From assembly GCA_965206695.1 (NCBI GenBank), contig CBDBKM010000010.1:224001-288000 (forward strand): a stretch of 64,000 nt of DNA, written 5' to 3'. Positions 21,013 to 31,230 of this stretch are shown here, piece by piece. The number at the start of each line of letters is the position of its first letter. Within the stretch, counting starts at the first letter, position 1. Source of the stretch: Chlamydiales bacterium (GTDB lineage Bacteria; Chlamydiota; Chlamydiia; Chlamydiales; JAAZZY01). The position numbers were made by a program, and so were the translations under genes. Below the pieces are notes generated by a model that worked only from the letters and a program-made list of their open reading frames with translations, was not told where the DNA came from and did no database searches.

Positions 21013-21222
21013 TATAGGTGTTTTATAATTTAAACTTTTTCTTGGTCTATTATTTAATAAATTTTCTATAGAGAGTTTGTCGGCATTTGGCCATTTTCAA
21101 ATTCCTTCTATTTGTTGCACTTCGATGTTGAAAGGGCGTAAAATTTATCAAAATAAATGAAAAATAAGTTTAGACAATCAGTGAGTTTTAAAAAATCTTA
21201 TCAAGTCAGTTATGCAGAGGTC

Positions 21223-22371
21223 TTAGTATAGTTGTTTGATCATTTTGTCCAATTCTGTTTTATTTTCATGAATAATTTGATGTCCATAATTATTAAGATG
21301 GATAAGATTTTTTTTAGATAAATCAAAAACGCCTTCAGATTCTTTATCTATAGGTATGTCTAAGAATAGATATTTAAGAATAGGAAGTTGATGGAGGTTG
21401 TAAAGTTCGTTAAAGCGAGCAGAGGTATTGCTTGAAGAGGCGGAAAGACTTAAAGTAATAAGGTCTTTTTCCCATTGGAACTCTCCCCAATGCGCAGATT
21501 GTTTTTCTGAAATACTAGGGATATGATTACCTGTTCCTAGTGAAAGGATAACCACCTCTTTATTAGGATAGAGTCGTAACGCTTCTAATAGGCCCAAAAA
21601 AACCGGATTGTTAGCATATAGTATAGCTCCTAAAATAGTATGAGTCTCTTCTTTGTCTACACTCTTAACTGTAACCGGAGGAAAGAATGCCGGGGCAGAA
21701 GAAACCCCTGCTAACACCTCATCAATGTAAAAATTTCTCATAAAATACAGAGGCCAACCACGACTTCGAAAAAGAAACGGTTGTCTTGAAGAAATAGCAT
21801 AAGAAGGGAGGATGACTCTATTTTTTAATTCGGCCATACTTAAAGGATAGAATAATTTATGAAATTCTATTAATAGCTTTTCCGGATTAAATAGAGGGCC
21901 TATTAATCCATTGATTGTAAGAAATCGATGGATGAAAGAAATGGTAAAAATATTTTTCCCTGTTTTTTCAAAATTATTTAAGAGATCAACAGCTCGAAAT
22001 TTATAGTTGTTGTCTTTATCAGGCGTTGATAGAGCTACAGCAATGATTCCTCCTGAAGAAGAGCCGACAATAATATCGAATAATTCACCAATTCTTTTTC
22101 CTGACTTTTCTTCGATATATATAAGTACATGAAGAGGGATTAGAGTTCGTACACCGCCCCCATTAATCGATAAAATGCGCACGTAGTCTTTTTTTAAGGG
22201 TTCAGGTTCCGGAGATAAATGAAGAGGTGCTGTGATGCTCACGCGTTCTTTGATATACCGCGTTTGACTATATAGGAAGAATTGGTGAATGATAATAAGT
22301 AAGGCCAATAGAAGAATGACCCATATTATTAGCCGGATTGTAAAATAAAAATAAAATCGCTTTCTTCTCAT
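21223..22371 (-). CDS. Patatin-like phospholipase with N-terminal TM; GSSSG kept, catalytic Asp replaced
   Basis: ILSINGGGVR, GSSSGG, SSAPAFFPP, LGAILYANNP, LSLGTG. Confidence 0.88.
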   Translation of the reverse strand: MRRKRFYFYFTIRLIIWVILLLALLIIIHQFFLYSQTRYIKERVSITAPLHLSPEPEPLKKDYVRILSINGGGVRTLIPLHVLIYIEEKSGKRIGELFDIIVGSSSGGIIAVALSTPDKDNNYKFRAVDLLNNFEKTGKNIFTISFIHRFLTINGLIGPLFNPEKLLIEFHKLFYPLSMAELKNRVILPSYAISSRQPFLFRSRGWPLYFMRNFYIDEVLAGVSSAPAFFPPVTVKSVDKEETHTILGAILYANNPVFLGLLEALRLYPNKEVVILSLGTGNHIPSISEKQSAHWGEFQWEKDLITLSLSASSSNTSARFNELYNLHQLPILKYLFLDIPIDKESEGVFDLSKKNLIHLNNYGHQIIHENKTELDKMIKQLY

Positions 22372-22385
22372 TTGATTACTATATG

Positions 22386-23540
22386 CTAATATAAATAATG
22401 CAGAAAATCATTTACTTCTCTCTCATGTTGTAAAATCATCCGATGTCCATATCTATTTAATAAAACGAAATTATCCTCAGATGTATCGTGAAAATGTTCA
22501 TTAAGCTCGTCAATGGGAACATTCAATCGTAAGTAATTAATAATAGATAGATGTTCAAATTGCTTGTAATCTCTAATAATAAGATCGGTTATTTCGCTTG
22601 TACCTGTAAATGTAACATTCAGAAGTTGTGATCCCCATTGTAGAAATCCCCAAAGCTTTGATTCTTCAGGGGGAATAACCGGAACATTACTTCCTGTTCC
22701 TAAGGATAAAATAACAAATTTCTTATTAGGATATAACTTATGACCTTCTAATAATCCAAGGAGGCAGGGATTATTGTTAAATAGTCCTGCATCTAATAAA
22801 GCCATTGATTTTTTTTTATCTAAACCGGTGAGTAATGTAGGAGGATAAAAAGTAGGAGATGCCGTCGCTCCCATTAAAACATCGGTTAAATAATAATTCG
22901 GTTCATCTGAAGAGATTTGATTATTAAAAAGTACAAGGGATCTTGTCTTAAGATCATAGGCAGGGATGAAGACATTATTTAAAAGGCGATTTAAAGTAAG
23001 GTCGTGGAAGATATGCTTATACATTCTTCTTTTAAAGCGTGGAAGAAATTCAGGACCGATGAATCCATTTAAAGTAAATAGTTTGTGGTATACAGGGTTA
23101 TGGAAGCTCTCACTCATAATAGTTTGATATCCTTTTAGGACGTCTTTGGCCGTATATTTAGGAGATCCATTTTCGTCCGGGATAGTAAGAATAGCTGCAA
23201 TGAAACCACCGGTGGTCACCCCTGTTATAATGTCAAATAGTTCGCTAATTGGTTTTCCGCTTTTTTCTTCTAAATAGACGAGGGCATGTAAGCTTATAAT
23301 ATTCCTGACACCACCTCCATCGATACTTAAAATTCGAACGTACTCGCTTTTATCTGATTTTAGAGCCAGAAACACATTATCTGTCATATTTAATGAAGAT
23401 TTAGGAATGGCCTCATTAGGAAGGGCATTGTTAAACTTTACTGTGAAATTATAAATGAGTGATAACATGACAAAGCCTGGAATAACGATACCACAGAGAT
23501 ATAGAATTTTATGTTTAGTAGTTTTAGGCTTTGGTAACAT
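22386..23540 (-). CDS. Patatin-like phospholipase with N-terminal TM; nucleophile Ser replaced by Thr, Asp kept
   Basis: ILSIDGGGVR, GVTTGG, TASPTFYPP, LDAGLFNNNP, LSLGTG. Confidence 0.88.
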   Translation of the reverse strand: MLPKPKTTKHKILYLCGIVIPGFVMLSLIYNFTVKFNNALPNEAIPKSSLNMTDNVFLALKSDKSEYVRILSIDGGGVRNIISLHALVYLEEKSGKPISELFDIITGVTTGGFIAAILTIPDENGSPKYTAKDVLKGYQTIMSESFHNPVYHKLFTLNGFIGPEFLPRFKRRMYKHIFHDLTLNRLLNNVFIPAYDLKTRSLVLFNNQISSDEPNYYLTDVLMGATASPTFYPPTLLTGLDKKKSMALLDAGLFNNNPCLLGLLEGHKLYPNKKFVILSLGTGSNVPVIPPEESKLWGFLQWGSQLLNVTFTGTSEITDLIIRDYKQFEHLSIINYLRLNVPIDELNEHFHDTSEDNFVLLNRYGHRMILQHEREVNDFLHYLY

Positions 23541-23616
23541 AATATTTTTTCATAAAGATATAAATCCAATTACTTGGATAGCAATAGTTGAAAGCAAAGA
23601 ATAAAGCCACAAATTT

Positions 23617-25509
23617 TTACATCATTAATTTAGAATTAAAGATAGGAAGGTATTCATTAGCCATATCTAGAATAAATTGATATTTATGTTTATGAGCTAG
23701 AATGGTTTTGGTTTTTTGTTCCATTTGATCGGCTTTTTTGCCTATATATTTATATTGCTCAATTTGTTGCTTCATAATTTTTTTAGCTATAAAATCAATG
23801 GGTTGAAGTAAGTATTTCATCGCCGGTTCATCATAAAGATCCATTTTACAAAGGATCATTTTATTTGTTTCCCATGTCTGAAGAAGATTATATTCATCTG
23901 TTAATGTATCCAACGTCATATGATGTTCATGGATTATTTCTTTTAAAAGCGAAACCGTTGTAGAAAGGCTGGTTGTTAAAGATTGTAGCGTTTGAATAAT
24001 TTGATTCTGATCAATAGATTTCAAAGAAGCATTTTGGATGGCTGAATGAATGAAATTTTTTAAGTGAAAGGTTTTTTGACAATAGATTTTAAGGACTGTT
24101 TTTAAGGGCAGATTAGCAATGTTATCGAAACCCAGACCACCCTCAGTTGCATTGATTAAAGTAATATCAGGGTTTTTTTTAGCAAAATGACTAATCCATT
24201 CTGCTTCTTGAATCCATTTCCATAAAGTTAGAATAGGTTTGTCGTAAATGTCTTTTTTTAAATATACTTTGTTAATACTAATATCTTCATCATTAACATT
24301 TTCCGGCAAGAGAGGATCTTTTGGTAGCATAGTGGAATAGGTTTGTTGATCTGTATATGCAAGGTCGACACCGACTAAAATGATGGGATTACATCCTAAG
24401 GCTTTTGCAATTTCTATAGCAAAGTTAACAACATTATTGCCTTCATCTAAATGATCACCAATAAGTCCAATATTGTGTTCCAACCATGAGGCTAATGGAT
24501 ACCCTCCGGCGCCATTTAAATATAATCGAGGCCCATGGATCATATTCACAGCTTCTTTATGCATTCTTAGTCGATAAAAAAATGGGATATTAAAGACCCA
24601 GTTATTAACTAAAGTTTGATAATGAAAGTGATTAGGGTCTATCCCGACTCCAAAATGAGGAATGACTCCTCCTGACGAGAGAACACTTAAAGAGCTGCCT
24701 CCTGATAAGATCAGTGCATTATCTTTTATTTGTCTTAGTTCTTCCATCTGTTTATTCAGTGAAGGCCCGGCTCCTGTTATTATAGCAGGAATAGCCTTGA
24801 ATTGATTGAATAATTTATTACCGTGATAAGAGGATCGTATATTGTTAAAGTTAGAGATGAAATTCTTGAAAACATTTTTACTGGCACACAGATATTCATA
24901 GGATTTAGTATTTTCATCGATATTTTGATAGATGATGATCTCTTTTAAGGATTCTAATTCTTCCTTGTGATTTTTTTTGTAAGATAAAAGGGCATCCACC
25001 TTTGCCGGAAGTGTCATAAAATAAGTTTTTAGTTCTGCTAATAAGGAGCAATCTTGGAAGACTTTTGAAATGTAGTAAATACGGACTTGGGGATGATCAA
25101 GAATTTCAGTAGCTTTCTTAGTGTTTAGAAAAGCTTTTAATACTTCAATGTCATCTTCCAAAAAAATAAGATGGTGGCGATTTCCCTTTCCCAACCATAT
25201 TTTGGCCGCATCGTAATAATACCCTAAACCGATACCATAAACATATAAAAGTAGAGTATTTTTTAAATTAAGTGTTCGAAACCATTGCAGAGCTTCTTCA
25301 GAGGCGCTTTTTTGACAATGTAGCAAAAAGAAATTTGTACGGTGTCTTTTTAGTAAATTTAATTCATTTGCTTCCGTTAGCGTTACGGGGTAGGAAGTAG
25401 TTGATGTTTTTAAAATGGCAAGGGCAGTTTCAGGTTGAAGGATTTTAAGTTTTTCATAATTTCCATCAAATTGACTTAGGGGTTCATTCGTCATCATCAT
25501 TCTCTTCAT
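23617..25509 (-). CDS. Maf-family (DUF115) nonulosonic acid glycosyltransferase-like protein
   Basis: YGIGLGY, IITGAGPSL, LGCNPIILVGVDLAY, INATEGG. Confidence 0.85.
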   Translation of the reverse strand: MKRMMMTNEPLSQFDGNYEKLKILQPETALAILKTSTTSYPVTLTEANELNLLKRHRTNFFLLHCQKSASEEALQWFRTLNLKNTLLLYVYGIGLGYYYDAAKIWLGKGNRHHLIFLEDDIEVLKAFLNTKKATEILDHPQVRIYYISKVFQDCSLLAELKTYFMTLPAKVDALLSYKKNHKEELESLKEIIIYQNIDENTKSYEYLCASKNVFKNFISNFNNIRSSYHGNKLFNQFKAIPAIITGAGPSLNKQMEELRQIKDNALILSGGSSLSVLSSGGVIPHFGVGIDPNHFHYQTLVNNWVFNIPFFYRLRMHKEAVNMIHGPRLYLNGAGGYPLASWLEHNIGLIGDHLDEGNNVVNFAIEIAKALGCNPIILVGVDLAYTDQQTYSTMLPKDPLLPENVNDEDISINKVYLKKDIYDKPILTLWKWIQEAEWISHFAKKNPDITLINATEGGLGFDNIANLPLKTVLKIYCQKTFHLKNFIHSAIQNASLKSIDQNQIIQTLQSLTTSLSTTVSLLKEIIHEHHMTLDTLTDEYNLLQTWETNKMILCKMDLYDEPAMKYLLQPIDFIAKKIMKQQIEQYKYIGKKADQMEQKTKTILAHKHKYQFILDMANEYLPIFNSKLMM

Positions 25510-26374
25510 AGATCATTTCTTTTCCATTCCAGGTAGCAATCTCGGTTTTAACAAGCTTATTTGTTTCGTATTTGTATATGGTATAGGTGTTATTGGAAGG
25601 ATCGAATTTCTTTTCTTCAATTAAATGACCTTTTCTATCCCATTTTTTTGCATTAGAATAATTCGGAAGCTCAGTGAAATATCTAACTTCTGCTAACTTT
25701 TTATTGGGATGCCATTTTTTTAAATGTTTATAAGGAATATGACCATGGTAATATCCCTCTTCAATTAAAAGACCTTTCGGATCCCATTGACAGTCTTTTC
25801 CCTCTCGTAGTTTATTTTCAAAGTAGATTTCCCTTTTTAATTGTTTATTTGGATGATACAGACGAACAAAACCATCTAAGAAGCCATCTTTATAAAACAT
25901 AGACGATTTTAATGCGCCATTATCATAGTAATACAGTTGCTTGCCGGTGAGGGTCCCTTCTTTATAATACCGGACACTATATAGATGTCCATTTAAATAA
26001 TATTGGGTGGCCTTACCTGTTTCAGATCCTTCGATATACCAGGTTTTTGATAAGAGAGTTCCATCTTCAGCAAAAAAAGTTGAAGGACCGTGTAAAATTG
26101 AATTCTTATAAAAACATTCGGATTTGATCCGACCGCTTAGGTGATACATCAAACATTGACCATTTTGGGTTCCGTCTTTTAAGAGATAAACTAACGTTAT
26201 TCTCTGATTGTCATCTTTTTCAAGATAAATCACATAGCCATTTTCTACTATTTTCTCATCCAAATTTTTCGGTATAAGCTGAGAGTTAAAAGGAGTCGAA
26301 ATTTTCAGATCGAGTTTCGGCTCAACGATAAGGATGGTATTATTTTCGATTTTATAAATTTCTTTTTCATTCAT
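25484..26374 (-). CDS. MORN-variant repeat protein (YwqK-like)
   Basis: Repeated YxxGxxxGxxxxYxxNG units. Confidence 0.85.
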   Translation of the reverse strand: MNEKEIYKIENNTILIVEPKLDLKISTPFNSQLIPKNLDEKIVENGYVIYLEKDDNQRITLVYLLKDGTQNGQCLMYHLSGRIKSECFYKNSILHGPSTFFAEDGTLLSKTWYIEGSETGKATQYYLNGHLYSVRYYKEGTLTGKQLYYYDNGALKSSMFYKDGFLDGFVRLYHPNKQLKREIYFENKLREGKDCQWDPKGLLIEEGYYHGHIPYKHLKKWHPNKKLAEVRYFTELPNYSNAKKWDRKGHLIEEKKFDPSNNTYTIYKYETNKLVKTEIATWNGKEMIYEENDDDE

Positions 26375-26381
26375 TTTTTAA

Positions 26382-28259
26382 TCAATTATTTTGTATATTA
26401 TCTTCAAATATCTCTGCATACCTTTTCGCTCCAAAACCGGCATGGAGAAACTGTTGATGTAAAGACTTCCATTTAAGTAATTGTGCTATTTTTTTAAAGT
26501 TAGATAGAGGAAGGTATCTAGCAGAGCGGGATTCTTTTTTTACATACATCGAAAAAACAAGATGGATGTGGTACATCATGTTTTTATAAGCAAGTTCATT
26601 TTTTAAAAGAGCCTCAAAATGGAATAATTTTTTTGTTCTAAGCTTTTCCGATAAATCTTTTTCTTTGTCAATCAGTGTATAAATGTGATCAAATTCTTTT
26701 AGTATTTTTTGATAATATTTATCACAAGATTTTAAACTTTTGAGAAATTGCTTAAAGTAATGATAGATTTGTTGTTTACTGATATTGGAAATCTTTGTAT
26801 TGAGAATTTCTGAATGTATTAGCTGGTTTATTGGATAACTTTTTTTAAGGTGTTGTTTTGTCGCCTCTTCAAGGGAGATATTCGGTGCTCCGTTTATACC
26901 AAGGCCTCCTTCAGTGGCGTTAATAAAACAACGATCATCTCTTTTTTTTATAAACCTAGAAAGCAGGCAAGATTCACTATGCCAATGTCTATTGGTATAA
27001 ATGGGGTTTTGGAAAATATCCTTTTTTAAAAGACGGTTATCCATAATCATCTGTTCATCTTTTGGGAGGGGGCCTACTCGCACACCTGAGGTATATCGCT
27101 GCATGTTCGTATAAGCTAAATCTAATCCAAGGTAAATAATAGGGTTGCATCCTAAAAGTGTAGCTAATTGAGTCGTAAAGCAAGTAACACTAAATCCCTC
27201 TTCTAAAGGCTCTTCATCGATATTAAATTTTTTTTCTAGCCAAGTTGCTATTTCATAGTTTGTTAAACCATTGATATAAAGTTTTGGACTCTGGATACAA
27301 GGAGGTAAGCGATGAAAGGTTCTAGAAGAATAGAAAACCGGAACTTCAAAATTTGTTGTACCCAAAAATCTTTCATAGACTCTTTCTTTGGTGTCAATAT
27401 AAGTGCTAAAGTGAGGTTGAATACCTTTAGCTGTAAGGGCATTTAAGGCCGAGCTAGCCGCAAAGATGATAGCATTTGAAGTTAGATTTTTTAATTGGTC
27501 GATATTTTTTTCCAATGAAGGACCTGCGCCACAAATAATTGCGGGAATCTGATTAAATTTACCAAAAAGATGATTGCCTCGATAGGCTTCCGGAATGAAA
27601 AAAGCATTTCTGATATAGTTCGATATTACGGTATCGTCAAATGTTAAAAACCGAGCTATAAGACTGTGAGCATCTGTCCAGCTTTCTTGCATTACTTCAT
27701 TTATAGACTCGAATAAATCAGGATATTGTTTTAAGTAAGAGGGAAGAGCTGAAATTTTGATGCGGCGAGGCGCATATAAAGCTCCCTCCTTTTCAAGAGC
27801 GTTTCGCCCTTCGGAATTATTTTTAAAATAAAAAAATTCGACCTTAGGGTTTTGAATAATATTCCTTCCCGTTTCTGTTTGTAATAGGCAGGAAAAAATA
27901 GCAGGGTCATTTTCAATAAAAACTAAGCTATGGGCAGCATTGTCATTAAGCCAAGCCTCTAAGGCATTATAAAAATAACCTATTCCGGAGCCAAAAAGGT
28001 AGAGAGTTTTAATTTTTTCTTCTTTTAAAGAAAGTGTTGCTACAAATTCAACAGCTTCTTTGGCTGCTCCCTCTTCTGAATGTAAAAAAAATGATCGGCC
28101 ATTTTTTTCGTATTGCAGATTTAATTCATCTTTTTCTGTTTTGACAAATTTTAAGTGCCTCGGCTCTCCTTTTTCTAAAATGACTTTTACTAATTCAGGA
28201 TCCAATCGTTCAAGACTTTCCAGATTCTGTTTGAGTAACTGAGGGTTAATAAATTGCAT
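26382..28259 (-). CDS. Maf-family (DUF115) glycosyltransferase-like protein, paralog of 23617-25509
   Basis: FGSGIGY, IICGAGPSL, LGCNPIIYLGLDLAY, INATEGG. Confidence 0.85.
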   Translation of the reverse strand: MQFINPQLLKQNLESLERLDPELVKVILEKGEPRHLKFVKTEKDELNLQYEKNGRSFFLHSEEGAAKEAVEFVATLSLKEEKIKTLYLFGSGIGYFYNALEAWLNDNAAHSLVFIENDPAIFSCLLQTETGRNIIQNPKVEFFYFKNNSEGRNALEKEGALYAPRRIKISALPSYLKQYPDLFESINEVMQESWTDAHSLIARFLTFDDTVISNYIRNAFFIPEAYRGNHLFGKFNQIPAIICGAGPSLEKNIDQLKNLTSNAIIFAASSALNALTAKGIQPHFSTYIDTKERVYERFLGTTNFEVPVFYSSRTFHRLPPCIQSPKLYINGLTNYEIATWLEKKFNIDEEPLEEGFSVTCFTTQLATLLGCNPIIYLGLDLAYTNMQRYTSGVRVGPLPKDEQMIMDNRLLKKDIFQNPIYTNRHWHSESCLLSRFIKKRDDRCFINATEGGLGINGAPNISLEEATKQHLKKSYPINQLIHSEILNTKISNISKQQIYHYFKQFLKSLKSCDKYYQKILKEFDHIYTLIDKEKDLSEKLRTKKLFHFEALLKNELAYKNMMYHIHLVFSMYVKKESRSARYLPLSNFKKIAQLLKWKSLHQQFLHAGFGAKRYAEIFEDNIQNN

Positions 28260-28280
28260 GTTGTGGCCGTGTTTATTTAT

Positions 28281-28565
28281 GACAATTAAGCGAAAAAACC
28301 CTTTTCTTTAGCATTGGGATGAAAGCGTTTATTTGTTTTTTTAATTTTGTATGTACTTTCTAATTGTATATTCATTTAGTTTTCCCACATTATCAATATA
28401 ATACGATCTTGTCTATAATGTAGATAATCGAGATTTTAAACTTGAGAATTCTTGTCTTAACAAGCGACTACCGGATCCTTTAAGTTGACCAATTGCAAGC
28501 TGTGAAGATTGAATGGGTTGAATCTTGATAAACATATGTACATGGTCAGGTATAATATCAAGTTC
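28281..28565 (-). mobile_element. IS200/IS605 left end with degraded tnpA
   Basis: TTAT|GACAATTAAGCG left end; IIPDHVHMF (HUH) and QLKG...RQEF in the translation. Confidence 0.8.
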
Positions 28566-29040
28566 TTTAATAAATTGTGTCTGTTTCTCTAAGTCAAGCC
28601 TACCGGGGACATTAATAGGACTTTTGAAAATAAAGTGGTGATGCTTTAGCCAAGATGTCATCCCTCCTGTGCTGTAGGAAATTTTATATTATTTTAAGAC
28701 GGATGCACATACATCCTTAATCCTTCTATTTAAGTGTATTGAGAAAGATGTTTCACCGACTCTTTTGTTTGCCGTTTGGATAATTTACCGGCTGATCCTC
28801 CCTTGGTATCATGCTGAGTTTTTCCTTCTGATTGAAATTTCATCAAATACTTATAAACACTCGAGCGGCTTAAGCGCAGAACATGAGCAATGAGGTCATG
28901 CCCCAGCCGTCATCTCGTGCGAGAAGCACACGCAAACGCTTATGTTCATTTGTATCACGGTTTTTTTACCTGAAATTCAAAAGTGCTTCTTTGATGTGAA
29001 GTTAACTAATTCATATCAACACTAATATCGTATTTATACT
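28566..29040 (-). pseudogene. Degraded IS630 transposase N-terminal region
   Basis: GMTSWLKHHHF and DLEKQTQFI resemble the IS630 protein at 52655-53677; boundaries approximate. Confidence 0.6.
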
Positions 29041-29074
29041 TTTTTGTGTGCCTTTCAGTAGCAAAGAGTATAGA

Positions 29075-29128
29075 TTGGGGCATTTTCAAATACTTCCTAT
29101 TTTTCGCACTTCGATGTTGAAAGGGTGG
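29075..29128 (-). mobile_element. Isolated IS30 terminal-repeat relic
   Basis: CATTTTCAAATACTTCCTATTTTTCGCACTTCGATGTTGAAAGGGTG resembles 36850-36897. Confidence 0.7.
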
Positions 29129-29531
29129 CAGATTATTTGTCAAAATTAAAAATATAATATAATCTATTAATTTAAAAATAAATTAAACATAATTTAATTT
29201 CATCAACCATTATTTATTTTTAATTTAACGTGTCGAATCTTAATGTTTTATTTATAAACCAGCTGTATAATATTTTTTATAGCAAGAATATAGATTATAA
29301 AGTCTGCCATTATTTCAAATATGAAAAATATTTTGGTTATGGGTTGAAACTTACGCGCAAAACTTTTTTATAAATGAGGTAATAAAATAGATGCAGTTAA
29401 CAATAAAATATTTTTCCCTGAAGATACTGTAATAAGTAACATGTCAGATTCATCTGATATCATAAATCAATCCGATGAAGAAGGTCAATCATATCATACC
29501 AATGGCGATGTATATAAATTCATTAAATATA

Positions 29532-29665
29532 ATTCTCCGGACTTAAATCCTATAGAAAGATATTGGGCTAATATGAAAAATAAAGTTAGAGATATTACGA
29601 AAAGTTACGAATTTTAAATTCGCCATTGATCAAGCAATATTATCAATATAAAATTAAACGATTAT
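29532..29665 (+). mobile_element. 3' fragment of IS630 type b
   Basis: Near-identical to 20878-21012 (SPDLNPIE..., right terminal repeat). Confidence 0.8.
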
Positions 29666-29997
29666 AACAGTGCCAAGCAACTACTTTTTCGGTTTTAATA
29701 ACTGCAAATGGAATGTCTTGGCAGTTAAATACGTATGCGTAAAATATTATTTTTTTGAATAGCATCGGGATATTCTTTTTATAGAGATGATGATAGAGCT
29801 GTAGAATCTTTACCTCCACAGCTAGAATCGACAATTTTTCTTCCTTCAACTATTTATAAAAACCTATTTCTTAATAAAAAATTTAAACATAAAAGTTACT
29901 CTAGTTAATAGATCGCAATATAAAACAAGAAATCTATTATGACTATTTTTAATAATATGCAGCCACAAGTAATTATCATTCCTTTGCAGGAAAAAAC

Positions 29998-30140
29998 ATA
30001 TCCAAGACTTGTAATTCTTGACAGCTCCCAACCCCTAAAGGGAAGGGATTCCTAATTCATCGACCACTGCTAACAAACAAGCTAGTCTAACATGATCTCC
30101 AAAGGCTTACATTACCGACTGCCCTGCGGTATCGAGATTA
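29998..30140 (-). ncRNA. Predicted TnpB omega/reRNA (scaffold ends at 30018; guide GAATTACAAGTCTTGG...)
   Basis: Structured right end downstream of tnpB; location inferred from known TnpB biology, 5' end uncertain. Confidence 0.6.
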
Positions 30141-31210
30141 ATAGATGCATTAAGATCTCTATCGTGTGTTACTTTGCAGTTTGGACACTGCCAACTTCTC
30201 ACACTTAAATCTAAAATTTCTATTTGGTACCGGCAGGCAGAGCATAGTTTTGAACTAGCAAAAAATTGATCTAATTCCACTATATTTCTTCCGTACCATT
30301 CACACTTATACTTTAAAAATGTTAAAAACCGGCTCCATCCTGCATCCGATATATGCTTAGAAAGTTTTTTATTTTTTAACATCTTATTAATATTTAACCC
30401 TTCTATCGTGATCGTTTGGTTTTCACGAGCCAACTTTGTAGAAAGTTTATGATGAAAGTCCTGCCTTATATTTTTTATCTTCGAATGTATCGAAGCCACC
30501 GATCTTCTTTTTTTGAGTCTGTTTTTACCTTTGACTTTAGCTTTGCTAAGAGAACGTTGTTTTCTTTTTAGTCTTTTCTTATGAAATCTAAAAGGTTTAG
30601 GTGCCGTAATCTTTTTCCCTGTAGAAAGAGTTGCGAATGTCGTTAATCCTAAATCTATACCGACAGAATTATTTCTCTTCTCAAAAGGGATCACTTCTTC
30701 TTCTACTAATAGGCTCACAAAATACCTGTCACAAGAGTCTTTTGTGATTGTTATACCTGTTGGTATACCTAAAAAACACCTTGACCAATGTATTTTTAAT
30801 CTGTCTTTAGATTTTGCAATCTTAAGATTAACCCCATCCCAACTAAATGCTGACTTAGTTAATCGTATTGCCTGCGTACTGTGTTTGTTTTTAAAGCGAG
30901 GGAAATTTGACCTTTTTTTAAAAAAGTTTAAAAAAGCTCTATCAAGATCTCTAAGACTTTGTTGCAGACAAACAGAAGAAACTTCGTTTAACCAAAGAAA
31001 CTCTTTGTTTTGCTTAAGACTTGTCAAGAATGCCGATGTTTTAGAATAACTTACATTCTCTTTGTATTCCTGATATTTCTTGATCTTAAAATTTAAAGCT
31101 TGATTATATACAACTCCGGAACATCCAAAGCTTTTTGTAAGCAACTCCTTTTGTTTTTTCGTTGGATAGAATCTGAATTTATATGCTTTTTTGATCATCA
31201 TGTATTGCAT
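30107..31210 (-). CDS. tnpB: RNA-guided endonuclease TnpB
   Basis: AYKFRFYP, GIDLG, TIEGL, CSAC/CPNC zinc finger, HDRDLNASIN. Confidence 0.95.
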   Translation of the reverse strand: MQYMMIKKAYKFRFYPTKKQKELLTKSFGCSGVVYNQALNFKIKKYQEYKENVSYSKTSAFLTSLKQNKEFLWLNEVSSVCLQQSLRDLDRAFLNFFKKRSNFPRFKNKHSTQAIRLTKSAFSWDGVNLKIAKSKDRLKIHWSRCFLGIPTGITITKDSCDRYFVSLLVEEEVIPFEKRNNSVGIDLGLTTFATLSTGKKITAPKPFRFHKKRLKRKQRSLSKAKVKGKNRLKKRRSVASIHSKIKNIRQDFHHKLSTKLARENQTITIEGLNINKMLKNKKLSKHISDAGWSRFLTFLKYKCEWYGRNIVELDQFFASSKLCSACRYQIEILDLSVRSWQCPNCKVTHDRDLNASINLDTAGQSVM

Positions 31211-31230
31211 TATATGTCCGGTACATATAT

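Larger units (their letters stand above)
20005..21138. mobile_element. Internally deleted IS30-type element (about 200 bp MITE) carrying an inserted IS630
   Basis: CGCCTTTTCAATTATGAAGTGCAAC ... GTTGCACTTCGATGTTGAAAGGGCG resemble the IS30 terminal repeats at 35634/36732; no transposase inside once the IS630 is removed. Confidence 0.75.

Noticed and set aside
21223..23540. CBASS (CapV-like patatins)
   Set aside because: No CD-NTase or Cap2/Cap3 gene nearby; both proteins have TM anchors and degenerate dyads.
25484..26374. YwqJK-type toxin-antitoxin pair
   Set aside because: MORN repeats alone are not diagnostic, and both neighbours are Maf-type genes, not toxins.
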